A program made the translations under genes and the position numbers. This document shows, in pieces, positions 12,600 through 26,513 of a stretch of DNA of 64,000 nt. Numbering within the stretch: position 1 is the first letter of the stretch; each line of letters starts with the position of its first letter. The DNA comes from Octopus sinensis (taxonomy: Eukaryota): positions 113,336,001 through 113,400,000 of the forward strand of contig NC_043003.1 of NCBI RefSeq assembly GCF_006345805.1. Direction: 5' to 3'. A model generated the notes under the pieces. That model was given only the letters and a program-made list of their open reading frames with translations. It did no database searches and was not told the origin of the DNA.

Positions 12600-13600
12600 C
12601 ACCAGTTTTGCCAATGCCATTCACCTTTCCGTAAACGCAGAGAAGCACCACTTCCGCCTCGAACATCACATTCCTATTCAAATGGTGCTTGAAGAAATTG
12701 AGGAGAACTTGGCCTCGTAGGGAAGTTTCGGTGTTCAAATCTTTTAGATGGATCTACCACATCACCTCTTTCACAACAGTCATTAAGCAGAGAAAGATTT
12801 ACCGGCCTCCTCTGCCAAACGAAGTTAGAGACTCGATATTTACTACACTGTCAGCAGATAGCAAGATTCGTTTTCTGCGAGACAACACCTGCATGACACA
12901 CAACGACAAGTCCCTAATGAGTGGCCATTGAACGATTGCATGTCAGATTGTAATAATGCTTTCTTTGTTAACTACTTAGGGTTGACCGACAGTTCGTTCA
13001 CAATAGATAGCAATACAATACACCATACTCGCCAACTCACTCCATTCATCTTTGCAAGGACGTATGGTCTAAGCATAACTCCTGGTAATTTAATCAGTCC
13101 GTCTATCCAGCATCCCACGACGCTGTTGGATGGTGTGGATATGCCTCTTCTGGTGCTGAGCAGCAGGTCCAATGATTTTCATTGGTTAAGGTTTTGCCCC
13201 TGTCACCGCCTCGTATTCCTTTCGGACAGGGCCCATCACCTCGATGTGCATTGATCTTCAAGCATTATGATGTTGACGTCGTCTACACATACCGACACGG
13301 ATCTCCCACAACCTTGTTGGCGTGGGATGCCGCTCAGCGTCTCTAGTTTCCGCAGTAGTGACTCAATAGTCAGTACATACTGAAGTTATGAGAATGGAAC
13401 TCGTCAGACTGAGCACATGGTACGGGATAATTCCAATAATTAGCCATTCGCCTGAAACACTGGTCAAATGTCGCTGAACATTGCAGTGATTCAACTGAGG
13501 AAGATGAGGTCAGAATTGATTGCCGTGAGGACTGCCTACAAGTATTGATGATCGAGCCTATCGAAAGCTTTTGATTGATCTGAATTGAATAGAACATTGT
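12600..13600 (-). mobile_element. Degenerate L1/Tx1-like LINE with internal deletion
   Basis: NSDQSKAFDRLDHQYL; IESLLRKLE..SVCVDDVNII; C-terminal LLSADSVVNI..GQVLLNFFKHHL; same family as 1-1290. Confidence 0.8.
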
Positions 13601-14099
13601 CTTTTGAGTTCACATGATCTAGATAGCATTCTGAACTCAAAAAGCGAAATATTTCGTTGCTGCCCTCATGATAGAAATTTATTTTGGTATCGTTATCGTC
13701 CTAGAGAACGGGTTAGAGAACAGAAATATAAACGCACATACAGCTGACTCCTTCAGTAACAGCTAACAATGTCCCAAGAGGAATAACATTTCTTTCTTCC
13801 CGGAAAATGTTGTAGGTTGTCTTCATCTTTTTCTTTATCATCCCCAAGAAAACCAGAGCTGTGGATTTAACTCTTGCATAAAAATAAGCTTTGCATTTCC
13901 GGACAGAATTTCTAAAGAATCGTCAATATTGTGTAGATATTATATTCTTATATTCAGTGTGAAACGTCGGTAATGTTCTAACCATTTATACGCCCTAACA
14001 AGGAATATACTGCATATAAAAGTATGACCGCTCACACTTTTGAGATATGGACATCTGACCAATGAAATACCTGCATGTATGTATCCATGTGTGTATCCA

Positions 14100-15370
14100 T
14101 GTCATTCAGTTTTATTTCAATATTTGTTGCCAGTAGAGAAAGATCCAGTTTCTAACCTAGATCCAAGGATCCTTCATTGAAATTTCAACAACATCAACAG
14201 GGTTTTTTGTATGTATTTATGTATGTGTGTATATATGGATGGATATGTGCAGATTTGCATCTTTTGTTTTATATATGCATTCTCATGCATTTAGTTGAAT
14301 GTCTAGACATGCTTATATATACTTAAATGATAAACTTCTGGAAAGTTTTACAGACATTTACAGTTCCAGTGATGGACTTGTGGAGGCACATGGCCTAGTG
14401 GTTAGAGCAGCGGACTCGCGGTCGAGGGATCACGGGTTCGAATCTCAGACCAGGCGATGTGTGTGTTTATGAGCGAAAACACCTAAGCTCTACGCGGCTC
14501 CGGCAGAAGATAAGGGCAAACTTCTGCTGACTCTTTCGCCACAACTTTCTCTCACTATTTCCTCCTGCATCTTGCAGCTCACCTGCGACGGACCGGCGTC
14601 CCGTCCAGGTGGGGGAGCCTATACACCAAGAAACCGGTAAACCGGCCCTTATGAGCATGGCTCGAGAAGAAACAAACAAACAAACAGTGATGGACTTGAT
14701 CTGTAGTTTTCAAATCAGTTCTCTCCTTTCTGAAAAACCTAATTTCCCAACATTGGTATTTAGGCAGTGTGTTACATATCCCAGTGCCACAATAACTACT
14801 TGCAATCTGGATAGAGTAACTCTACATTCCTCGATAGTTCAGCGTGATTTCCACAATTACACACAATTTCTCTATCCCGAATTACTATCTCACGTCTATT
14901 ATGCCTACATTTTAGTGAGGTTTTTCACCCGGACACTCCACCAGTTCTCGTTTTTTTTTATTATGAGTGGCTATGGCATCTACCATACTATACGTTCTTA
15001 TTTCTTTGGCCTCGGGGTTATCTTTCAGGGTGATCTCGTTACACAGTGTCCTTGCAACATGTCTCATCGGTAGATAATACCGTGATGACATTTCCTGGCA
15101 ACTGTTTGTGCTATGGGTGATATCTTCGGTATTAATTCCAGTCTGCATCGGTCGTCACATTTAGCTGCTTTCTCTGCGTCTATTCCTTTTGTGCTTTAGG
15201 GATTTGGTTGATATTTCTTGTTTCTGAATTGCAAATGTATGCCATTCCAAGTAGGAATTGGTAATCCCTGAGAGACCACTTTGAGGGTCAATGTTACTAT
15301 CATCTCAGCTTTCTTCTAACATATTCATGCATGGTCTTCGGCTGATATACACTCATCTTTTCACATGTGT
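14100..15370 (-). mobile_element. 3' part of an R2/R4-group (RLE-type) non-LTR retrotransposon
   Basis: EDITHSTNSCQEMSSRYYLPMRH (knuckle and RHD region), ALGYVTHCLNTN-like C-terminus, 3' UTR; split by a SINE. Confidence 0.7.
14381..14684 (+). mobile_element. tRNA-derived SINE, family B, full length with 14-bp TSD
   Basis: A box tggcctagtgg, B box ggttcgaatc, (AAAC)n tail; TSD cagtgatggacttg at 14367-14380 and 14685-14698. Confidence 0.93.
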
Positions 15371-15569
15371 GTGCGTCAGTGTGCATGTGTATACACATAT
15401 ACATGTATGTATGCGTCTGTGTACGTTTGTAAGTATTCATGTTTGTGTTTGTATGTGCTTGTCTGTCTGTGTTACGTGTGTACCTATCTATCTACTTATC
15501 TGTTTACTAATCCATTTACCTACTTATCTATCTATCTATCTTTCTCTTTACACTCTCACACTCACACAC

Positions 15570-16294
15570 ACTACGGATGCAAAAGTAAAACATATGTGGT
15601 AGACCAAACTGCGCAACATGCCCAAACCTTCTAGAAGGATCAGAATTCCTTTTCGAAGAGGGACAAAAATTCAAGATCAGATCTAATTTCACTTGTGCTT
15701 CTGAAAACATAATTTATGTCCTAAGATGATCGGACTGCCACCAAAACTACGTAGGGTCCACGGGATTATCACTCAGACGCAGATGCACTCTGCATCGACA
15801 ACATATTGCATTCCCAGAATACAGAATGATACCCTTAAGTGAGCATATTGAGAAATGCGCAAAGCAACTACTACCACAATTTTTAATCTTTCCATTTATC
15901 AATGTGCTATTGGAACACCAACACAAATTAGATTAAACAAAGAAACATTCTTCATTGAAAAATATAAGCCTGAACTTAACCATCCTAACATTCTTATAAA
16001 GAGAAACTCATCTAATTGAAAAAAACGGAAAAAATATATAGCGATTATTTCCCTTATACCAGAAGAAATCCCTGATTACATCCTCCTGGCTGGAACTCTT
16101 CTTTGCACTTCATAACGAAGACATGACACGATGTAGGTAAAGAAATTTGAAAAGTTTACACGAAACTGGTTATTTCTCCCAAAACTATGTTACTATCCAT
16201 AAAATTTTATAACATTTTTCTAACATAACGACTTAAATATATTCTTTAACCTTATAAAACAAGCCTTCTGTAGTTTTTTCACTCTTTTCTATTT

Positions 16295-16300
<6 letters not shown>
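15570..16300 (+). mobile_element. Penelope-like element 3' end (GIY-YIG endonuclease remnant plus terminus)
   Basis: FKIRSNFTCASENIIYVLR*SDCHQNYVGSTG..HRQHI..LSEHIEKC; FFIEKYKPELN. Confidence 0.85.
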
Positions 16301-16346
<46 letters not shown>

Positions 16347-16348
<2 letters not shown>

Positions 16349-16735
16349 CACTTTGGTAGGTTGAGGCCGGTTGAGGCCCAGGCCATGTCTAACTTAATAG
16401 CACCACCTGGTGAAGTCTTTTAGTCATATATGTAGCACCATAGCCCACTCTACCAAAAGAGTTATAATAGTTGGAAACATATCCGTGTGTAGGAGGTTGT
16501 CCAGTGAACATTTGAATTTTATGGGAACCGTTTCCGTTTTGACGTATTTTGGTATGGGATTAAAGAGAGCTGGACCGGTTGAGGTAAAGTAATTGTGACG
16601 TAATGTTGCTATGTGTACCGAGTTCGATTTTTGTAGTGCGCGGATAGCACGGGGGCCAAGTGATGGATGAATTTTAAAATTGATGCTAACATCATTTGTG
16701 CAATATCGATGGAATATTTTCCACATAACACAAAT
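16347..16735 (-). mobile_element. CR1-group LINE 3' end
   Basis: MWKIFHRYCTNDV..HNYFTSTGPALFN; same 3' UTR as the element ending at 10468. Confidence 0.88.
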
Positions 16736-16744
16736 ATATATATG

Positions 16745-17208
<464 letters not shown>

Positions 17209-18018
17209 AAATCCCTGTACTATATCCATAGCAGTCGCATTGAATTACCTTTATAACCGCTGCGACTGCGCATTTCATACTTTCCAGGTCGTCGAGCACA
17301 AATAGTAGGAAACAAGCAAATACTGTTTGTCTTTTAGTTTGGAGGGTTTTTTTTCTTTCACCTACGGTTTTCCATCCTTATCCTGTTTCTATCTTCCAAT
17401 TTTTGTGAAATAAAGGACTTGATACTACTTCTGGGACACTCATATCAACCCTGAAGTGCGTGAAAAGAACTATAAGGTATTTCAGTTTCACTGAGCCTGA
17501 GACAATTTCACTCGCATCCTCGCCCACGACTGGTGGCGCTCTACAAAAAGTGATTGCAGTATCAGCAGCCAGGATGTTCACACAGTTGACGCATGCGTAT
17601 TCACCACTGCGCATGTATCAACTGTGTTTCCTGCCCTATGCACTCTGCTTACTTGGACTCCTCTCCGCTCACTCCTCCATTGGGATACAACTCTGATAGT
17701 CTCCTGATCATTTGGAGCTGAAGGAACCTTATAGATTCATCCTGACCATAATGTTATCAAATCCGCGTCCACCCCTTCGTCGTTGTGTTGCTTAGAGTTG
17801 AGGACCATTACAAGTATCGGCAACTGCACCAGCATCTCTGATTATGATCTTTGTATTTCTTCTACACATCAAGAAACTAGAGTTTAGGTAGACGTGTACC
17901 AGTTCTGAATTTTTCTTGCTTCATTCTCGCTACTAAATATTAAGTACACGCTTCCATAAGCCCTGTTGAGGTCAATGGAACATGCATTTTTTGTGCGCTG
18001 GCTGGGGCTAGAAACCTT

Positions 18019-18421
18019 GGATCTTTTCGGTTTGAACGGCAGTTTTTTCTAGCGGTGTCATATGAAATTGTCACCCATAATTATGACCCTAGTATCGATC
18101 TATTGCATTTCAATCTCTTTTAGGGTTAGGGGTGGTGGAATGGTATCTTCTTTTCTTCACAAATGTAAATAAACCCAATCTGTTTCTTAAAAGAGGGACA
18201 TATTCATACGGCACAGAATGTTTTTTTACCCCAATAGACGTCAGTGATTGGTTGAAATTGCAGAAAAAAAAACAACAAATATCTTACAAACTATAGAATT
18301 TTCTCAATAACTCCAAGAGAAAAAGATGTTTTATAAACACATTCTACCAGTATACGAAGTTTAAAATTTTTTAATTACCTAGAAATTATGTTAAAAACTG
18401 CCGTTCAAACCAAAAAGATCC
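18019..18421. mobile_element. MITE, ~400 bp, ~28-bp TIRs, 8-bp TSD (Merlin-like by termini)
   Basis: TIR ggatcttttcggtttgaacggcagtttt / aaaactgccgttcaaaccaaaaagatcc; TSD gaaacctt at 18011-18018 and 18422-18429. Confidence 0.92.
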
Positions 18422-19796
18422 GAAACCTTTTAAAAGTATAAGACAGAGCATCTCGTTCTTTGGATCTTATCACTTTTTTTTTGTCTTTTTCTCGATAAAT
18501 TCCATGGATAAGGAAGCAACTCCCTTTCGGGACTTATCTTTCATACTTATCCTTTTCTCTGGAGATCGTCTAACGGATTGTACAAAGGTTTCGAGACCAA
18601 CTAGCAGCTCTAAATATTCGTTCAATTTCTAGTTAAAGACTCTGTGTACAAATGTATGAATGTATGTAAATACATATTCAAATTCACATATAATATATAT
18701 ATATATACACACGTATACATATATACATTCACACGCAAATATATATATATATATAATCCATTCACACGAACACGCATGCACCCACACACATACACATACA
18801 CACATACACACACACGCACACACACGTACACACACACACGTACACACACACACGTACACATACACACGTACACATACGCACATACACACACGTACACGCA
18901 CACACATACACACACATGCGATAAGATCACCAACAATAGTTCAAACAGAAAAGCCACAAAACTAAATGAAATTAAAATAATTAGGGGAACAACGTAAAAT
19001 GTTACGGGGTTATCAGGAATGATTAGAGAACAACGTTTACCTAACCCCCAACTCTAGAAGTGTTATTATTCAGCAATACAATAGGGGCCACGAAAATCTA
19101 CGTAACGCCAGAATCAGAGAACGAAACTTCCAGTTGTAAATATATATACATAAACAATTTATGTATATATATATATATATAAACAATTTACATGGTTATT
19201 GACGTTGTGTCTATTTTCGGCATATTTTGGCATTAGACATTTTTCTTTCGTCCTTACTTATAAATTGTTTATAAATTTAACCTTAAAAGGTATTTTTTAA
19301 TATGCTGGCCATTGATAGAATTTTTTTCGAAAAATGTTATTCTACATTAGATGGTGTATATATATATATATATAAAGCGTGAGAGAGAGAGAGAGACATG
19401 AGTCATCGGATAAATGTTTCGTTTTTATATTTGGTTTGCAAGATTCTTTGTGAATTCGTGTGTTAATATATATGTATGTATATGTTGCTTCTGGTGTTGT
19501 TCATGTGAGTCAAAGAGGCACGATAAAATTTTTTCATATCCATTCAGTAATTGATTAAAATAACAGACTGATTCAGCTTATTAAATAACTACTTCTAAAT
19601 TTTCGATATTACTAACACTTCGAGCATACATTAAAGTTGTATCTAATCCATTCATATAATTGTACTTATAGCAATCTTCAATTATATAAAATCTATTTAT
19701 ATTATTAGAATTTCGGTGATCAGTAAATAAACTTTACTGAAAATAGGATATATTTGCAGAGAGGTTGCAGTCATCTCAGCGAGCGAGACTGGATAC

Positions 19797-19852
19797 CCTG
19801 GACTGATGACGAGCAATACACTCAGAAACATATGTCTTCAGGTACTTAGTCC
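19797..19852 (+). ncRNA. Minimal type I hammerhead ribozyme motif (PLE-type terminus)
   Basis: cctgga-CTGATGA-c-gag(caataca)ctc-a-GAAA-catatg-TC-ttcagg; weak stem II closure. Confidence 0.55.
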
Positions 19853-20459
19853 CAGCTGGCGGGGGTGATTGCCTCCCCTTTGCAAATATAAGGACACAGA
19901 AAATGTGTCAAAGCCGACAGGAGACGTCGATGTTTCCTAGGGTTAAATGGCGGTGCTGTAATTCCCTTACGGAACTGTCACATTGAGTTGACACATTGAG
20001 TTCGATTCTCGAACGGGGCTGTATGTTGTGATCTTGAGCAAGACACTTTATTTCACATTGCTCCAGTTCACTCAGTTGTAGAAATGAGTTGCGATGTATA
20101 CTAATAATATAAATAGATTAGATTATCTAAATTATTAAACTCGCTTCTAGCTTCCTGTGTATTCACCCAAAAACTCATATCAAATGTTCCTTAATCTCAG
20201 ACTGGATAGAATCAAGGATCCTTTTACTACTATTTCAAATACCTGATTTTGTAAGAGGACTATCTGTTGCATGAATGGATTGCAAAGCAAGCTATCGTCA
20301 TAATTATTTAAATAGTGGAACGCTGGGTTTAATGTGAAACTGCGCCACATTTTAATGTATAGGTTTCGTTCTTGCTTGAATAATGTTAATCTTAGTATTT
20401 AGATTAACACACACACACACACATTTGTATGTACATATGTACACATACACGTGTGTGTG

Positions 20460-20767
20460 TGTAAAGTGTCGAGCTCACAATCATGAGGTAGTGAGTTCGA
20501 TTCTCGAACCGGGCTGTGTGTTGTGTTCTTGGGCAAGACACTTTATTTCACATTGCTCCAGTTCACTCAAATGTAGAAATGAGTTGCAATGTCTCTGGTG
20601 CCAAGCAATATTGACCTTTGCCTCTCACTTGGATAACATCGGTGGCGTGGAGAGAGGAGGCTGGTATGCATGGGTGACGACTACTCTTCCATAAATAAAC
20701 CCTGCCCCGACTTGCGCCTCGGAGGGGAGTTTTCTAGGTGCAATCCCATGGTCATTCATGACCGAAA
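20460..20767 (+). mobile_element. tRNA-derived SINE, family D (a partial copy also lies at ~19995-20095)
   Basis: gttcgattctc B box, ttgggcaagacactttatttcac core, tail matches 26174-26513 and 47978-48308. Confidence 0.85.
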
Positions 20768-20811
20768 CTGTTTCTTCTTCCTTGTGTGTGTGTGTGTTTG
20801 TGTAAAGTATA

Positions 20812-20995
20812 TTTTTACTTGTTTCAGTCATTTGACTGCAGCGGTTGTTCGGAAACCGCCTTGAAGGATTTTAGCCGAATAAAGCCTAGAACTTATTCAA
20901 TCGGGTTCTTTTCCTGACCCGCTAAGTTATGGGGACGCAAACATACCAACACCGGTTGTCAAGCAATGCGGGGGGACAAACGCTGACACACACAT
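20812..20995 (-). mobile_element. SINE family A, 3' half
   Basis: ttttacttgtttcagtcatttgactgc..ggttgtcaagc. Confidence 0.75.
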
Positions 20996-22651
20996 ACACA
21001 CATCTTATACACAGATGCCCTCCATCAAATAATTCAAATATAGTTTCTACCAATTTATGTTACAAATACATATAATTACCTACAATTTTCTGTCTTTTTT
21101 TTTCTTTTGCTAGATATTTTAGTTTCCTTTTTTTTTTCTTTTGGTGGTGGGGGTAGCCCCTAAATTTACAGATGTTCATGTAACTTGACTCAATCCCTTG
21201 ATTAATGTAATTACAGCTTTGTTTCCAGATTTTGAGTGATTGCCGTTTCTAATCCTTTGGACAACCTTTTGTGGAGAGATAATATTTCATTAATTAGCTA
21301 AGTTTTCACTCAACGGTCCAGCAAGTTATCCAGCTCAGAACGAGAGGAGAAGAGGGGAAGAGGGAGTATGTGTCTGTGTGAAAGTGAGAGCAGTTTTGAG
21401 TCAGGATTTATCTTGTAAGCAATCTATACGTGTAGATTTAGGCGGTTGATTAAAAAACGTTTATTGTAAACATCAATATGATCGCAAGTATTAAGCCTAT
21501 TTAACTCTTTATAGGCAGGAACCTTTCGACATGGCTGAACAGCCAATCCCAAGCAGAAGCGATTCACAGCATGAGTTTGCTGGATAGAAAACGTAGATCG
21601 GAAACCTCAGTTCGGGCTTTTCCTGAGTCACCTTCTCACCCTTGTATGCAACGTGAAATGAAGTGTTTTGCTCAAGAGACCACAATGCACAGCCGGGAAT
21701 TGAAACCACGATCTCCTGGTCGTCACCTTAACCAGTAGGCCACGTGTGCCGTCACAAACACTTTACAATCGGCAATCTATTATATAGAGGTTTGTTTCTT
21801 AGTTGCAAGGGGAAACAAATGGGATAAGTTCAGTCGAGTTGGCAGGGAATTTTCTCAGTATCTCGAGGTTCTATTGGACCCATATTTATCTTCACTTTCT
21901 ATAATGTTCCTCAAATGGGATTCAAATACTCCACTGGATAAATCAGAAGAATATCCATCCTACAGCGCTGTGTGCAGTAGGAAATTATCTCAAAGTGAGA
22001 CGGCCATTTGTGAGTTGTGTGTCTTGATTAAAGGTACTTTCTAGCCCAAGTTGCTAATCCCAGACAGCGGGTGGCTGGCAGTACTCAATCGCGTCATTCA
22101 TCAGTTCTCAGCTCAATTAATTATCGATACATGTTTGATCGATTACACGATTCAAAAGTAAACCCTACAACTTCGATGTGCCATTCATTGTTAAGACTCA
22201 GTGTTGCAGCTTTGAGGCTTTCCCGAATGCTTTAGCGGTATAACTAAAATACCGAATAAGAAACCTATGTTAAACTCATGAATTTTCAGAAGCTGAAATA
22301 TTGTCCGTTACTCACCAATAATAACAAATAATAATATTTTTAAACTTCACCACAAGTCACAGCATTGAAACTTGGAATGGATTTCAGCAAATCCGGGAGT
22401 TGATTGCAATTATTTCATCAGCTCAAACGGTTGAAAGACAAAGTAGCTGTAACTAAATACAGCAAGGCATAACTTCCGATACTCTACCGATTCTGACAAC
22501 AGTTTCAAACAATCCATAGAATATTCTTTCAACAAATCAATGACCAGCCCAGCACTGTTAAGGTTTGAACTTTGGGAGTAATATTAAACTTGCCGTGATA
22601 TTATGCTATAATGCATAATCAATGATATTAAAAGAAATATATACAAGGATG

Positions 22652-22869
22652 TTCCTTTCTACTCTAGGCACAAGGCCCGAAATTTTAAGGAAACCGGGCC
22701 AGTCGATTAGATCGGCTCCAGTGCGCAGATGGTACTTAATTTATCGACACCGAAAGGGTGAAAGGCAAAGTCGACCTCGGCGGAATTTGAATTCAGAACG
22801 TAGCGACAGACGAAACACCTCTAAGCATTTCGCCCGGCGTGCTAACGTTTCTCCCAGCTCACCGCCTTA
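22652..22869 (-). mobile_element. SINE family C (MetaSINE-like central domain)
   Basis: Reverse complement of aaggcggtgagctgg..gtcgactttgcctttcaccctttcggtgtcgataaattaagtacc. Confidence 0.85.
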
Positions 22870-22916
22870 TATACGAGGATATTAACAAAACGTTAAAAAA
22901 ATGATTGTATTAATCT

Positions 22917-23760
22917 ATCAGGTCATCCCATAAGTTCTGTCCGAATTTTGAATAAAGAAAACAAGTGATCAAATATTTGATTGAAATTTAGTCATCAATG
23001 TACTTTCCCTGATTATCTATGACTTCCTTCCATCTATTTACAAGCTTTTTAATCTCATCAATGTAAAACCCTTTTGGTTTCAAAGCGAAGAACTCTGAAA
23101 TGTCAGTTTCGTCCCCCTCCTGGCTTGCGAAAATTATGTCCCCCAAATGATTCTGTAAACTACGAAACAAATGGCTGTCTGAAGGATCAAGGTCGGAAGA
23201 ATAAGGTGGATGAGGAATTTTTTTCCACCCAAGCTCTTCGATCTTCTGTGATGTGATCTTTGCAGTGTGGGGTAGCGCATTGTCTTAATGAAACATCACT
23301 CCTTTTCGATTCACTAAAGCGGGTCCCTTTTTCTTCAAAGCTTGGTTCAAAGCATTGATTGTTGCATTAGGTGGTAACAATTCAAAGTGAATTACTCCTT
23401 TGCAATCCCACTAGATAGAGAGGACCTTTTTCCATGAAGTTCCCTTCTCGGTTGTGGTTGAGCTTTTTCCCTTTTACTAAACCACTGTTTACGAAGTTTA
23501 ACATTTCGATAGAAGATCCATTTTTTGTCACTAGTCACAAGTCCGTCCAAAAAGGATTAAATAAGTTCGCGAGAATGGAGAGAAGAGCAGATGTCAATTT
23601 GGGATTTGCGGTTGCTTTCGGACAATTCACAAGGCACCCATTTTCCAAGTTTAGGAACCTTCCCAAGTTGTTGAAAATGACGATGAACAGTTGTATGGTT
23701 TGAACTAAACTTTATTGCCAATTCTTCAACTGATAATGCAGGATTTTCTTCAAGTAATGC
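22917..23760 (-). mobile_element. mariner element, catalytic half of transposase and 3' TIR
   Basis: KLGKWVPCEL; LVTSDKKWIFY; HPPYSSDLDPSD; FRSLQNHL..RWKEVIDNQGKYIDD; TIR-like tcaggtcatcccataagttctgtccg. Confidence 0.88.
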
Positions 23761-23769
23761 CCCAAGGAT

Positions 23770-23945
23770 AGGGAGAGTTTACGAAAAAAACAAAAGACGA
23801 AGACAGGTGGTGTACAAAACAAACAGATGTATTAGTATAACGCTCAGGAACAGAAAAAGTCTTTTACGTTTCGAGCCTACGCTCTTCTACAGAAAGGGAC
23901 ACAAAAAAAAACAAGGAGAGAAAAAATGTGCGTAGTGGCTAACGA
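23770..23945 (-). mobile_element. Short repeat carrying a variant hammerhead motif (23861-23896); PLE-derived or retrozyme-like
   Basis: Minus strand: cttt-CTGTAGA-a-gagc(gtag)gctc-GAAA-cg-TA-aaag; second copy at 36241-36410. Confidence 0.6.
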
Positions 23946-24565
23946 TATATATATATATAATGTATGTATGTATGTATGTACCGGTACTTTATCAATGCAG
24001 TCACTTACGATACTTGTTCCTACCAGAGTGTCAATCTTTAATAATTCCCACCAGCAGAAGTGCAACAAACCACTCCCGTTGGTCACATGTATCCACAAGA
24101 GCCATTGTCCACAGTTTGTTTCTCAACAGCTAGAAATATGCTGAACAGGGAGAAATTTCAATAACGAGAAGATATTACAGATGGAAGTTACGGCAGTCTC
24201 AACTTACCACAAATATTGGCCATTGGCAAATATAAATGTTCAATTACTATTCTTCAAACATCTGATTTCTTAACATTTTGCCAACTTTGTTTTTCCCTTC
24301 TCTCTCTCTCTCTTATTCTTTATACATTTATCGCCTTTTTGTTTTCTGTCTATTTTATCTTCTTCAGACAGCTGCAGACATCCTTACGTATGTCATGGAC
24401 TCTATTCTCTGCGGTTTCAACCAATAACCTCCACATGTCCCACCCAGTCTACAAAGACGATGCTGTTATAAAATGCCTTAAAGCTTTCTCTTACATTTCC
24501 AACTAAATTTCATCATTTATTTTTATTCTAATTTATAAGTATTTCAGCTTTTCACACACACACGC

Positions 24566-24620
<55 letters not shown>

Positions 24621-25479
24621 TAAATTAGAGATAAAACCACTATTAGGCAAATCAATCAGTGAAAAAGTAAGCCAAAACAGAAATAAAAATATTTAATATA
24701 ATATACAAAATATATAAAATACAAAATTTAAAATTTAAATTATTTAAATTTAAAGTTAAAAATTTAAATTATTAATTTATTTTTATATTTATAAATTTTT
24801 ATATATATATTTTAATTTTAATTTTAATTTTTATTTATATTATTTATTTATTTATTTATTATATATATATACATATGACTAATATCTAATTCGCATATAT
24901 ATATATATATGTATAAGTGTGTGTGTATATTCATGTGTGTGTATGTATGCATATGTATAAGCATATATATATATATATATATATATATGAATGTATGTGT
25001 ATCCATATTTATATATATATATATATACATGCATATGTGTGTGCTCGTGTATGTATGTACACGTGCGTATGCCTTCGTCTATACATTAGCTGAGGGGACA
25101 ACAAATTAGACATCACTCAACACCACTGTTTCCAGCAACACTTCCAACTCCTCTTCCTCTAGCACCACGTACTCTCCCTCCTCCATCTCCTCCTCCTTCC
25201 CACCACTAAGGCTATCAATTTTCCAAGTAGGTACTTTAGCATTTGAACTGATTCCTTCAATTAATTCTTGCGTTATCATCTCTAGAAGCACGTTTATTTC
25301 ACAACACACACACACACACACCTCACAATGTCTTCTCGCTGCATTATCAATTGTTACCTCATTAATGGCTGAAAGTGTCATAGATTCTGCCATGCACCTA
25401 CTAGACAGGATGAAACTCCGGCCTGTTTTCATTCCGTCCTCCTAAAGTAGAGTCGTTTAGTCCAACCAAAAGAAACCAG

Positions 25480-26150
25480 CATATTTATGGTTAAGTACAA
25501 AAAGTTTAATGCAATGGTGTAGGACGATCGAAGTTTCATCCCTTCATCATCGGCAGAGCGATCCTTTGAGAGATTGTCTTTTGTCTTAGCCTCAGATCGA
25601 TACAGTTGAAATTGGATTGTCAGAAAGGATGTAGAAAGCGTCTCCTTAAATGTACTCCATCGATAGTTGAAATGGTGTCACATTGACTTTTCAAGAGGAT
25701 TCTCATTGGTGCTCTATGGAATACACAGCCATTTACATCCAACGTAGTTTTGGAGATCCGCCTTTTGGACATGTTGAATATAATCAACGTCGATTACAAC
25801 AGCAATAATCGGACATTGAACGAGTATCTGCCGAATGGTTTCGTCGCTCTGCGCGCATCTTGGACAAACTCTACAAGTTCTGCTTTACCTGTAAAGGTTG
25901 ACTAATCAGTAGTGACCCTTAGTAGCACTGTCAGAGCAAAGATTTCTGAAAATTGTCCAAAGTCGCTGCCGGCCCTCATGTCCTCCGTAACAGATCAGCG
26001 GGAGGCATTCTGTTCGAAGCCCACTTCCCAGAGAACGTCGTCTCGTTACTAGTCTTCTCTATGTTGATAACGCCAAGTCTCCGCCGGCCACATTGCCAGG
26101 TTGCTAACGATTGATGATCGCCAGACGACATTCCAGATCAATGTGTTCGA
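25480..26150 (-). mobile_element. L1/Tx1-like LINE C-terminal remnant
   Basis: DNFQKSLL*QCY; RVCPRCAQSDETIRQILVQCP (decayed zinc knuckle). Confidence 0.7.
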
Positions 26151-26173
26151 TACTGATGATTGCCTGATCTTTG

Positions 26174-26513
26174 AGACCCCCTTCGGTCATGGCACAGACC
26201 ATGCGATTGCACCTAGAAAGTTACCCTCCTAGGCACAAGTCTGGGCAATGTTGTTTATGGAAGACCAGCGGTCGCCCATGCATACCGGCTTCCCTTCTCC
26301 ACGCCACCTGTGTTATCCAAGGGAAAGGCAAAGGGGCCGATACAGCTTGGCACCTGTGACTTCGCAACTCATTTCTTACAGCTGAGTGAACTAGAGCAAC
26401 GTGAAATAAAGTGTCTTGCTCAAGAACACAACGCACAGCCCGGTCCGGGATTCGAGCTCACAACCTCACGATCGTAAGCTTGACGCTCTAACCACTGAGT
26501 CATGCACCTTCAC
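26174..26513 (-). mobile_element. tRNA-derived SINE, family D, full length
   Basis: Head tgactcagtggttagagcg..gctcgaatccc; near-identical to 47978-48308. Confidence 0.9.

Noticed and set aside
14381-14455. tRNA genes (also the heads at ~26440-26513, 40075-40150 and 48235-48308)
   Set aside because: A/B boxes are present but there is no complete cloverleaf or oligo-T terminator; each continues into a SINE body
24009-24130. Minus-strand exon with a strong gtaagt donor (similar candidates near 13750-13920 and 39820-39866)
   Set aside because: Stops in all frames here and no recognisable protein in the others; splice-like motifs are expected by chance
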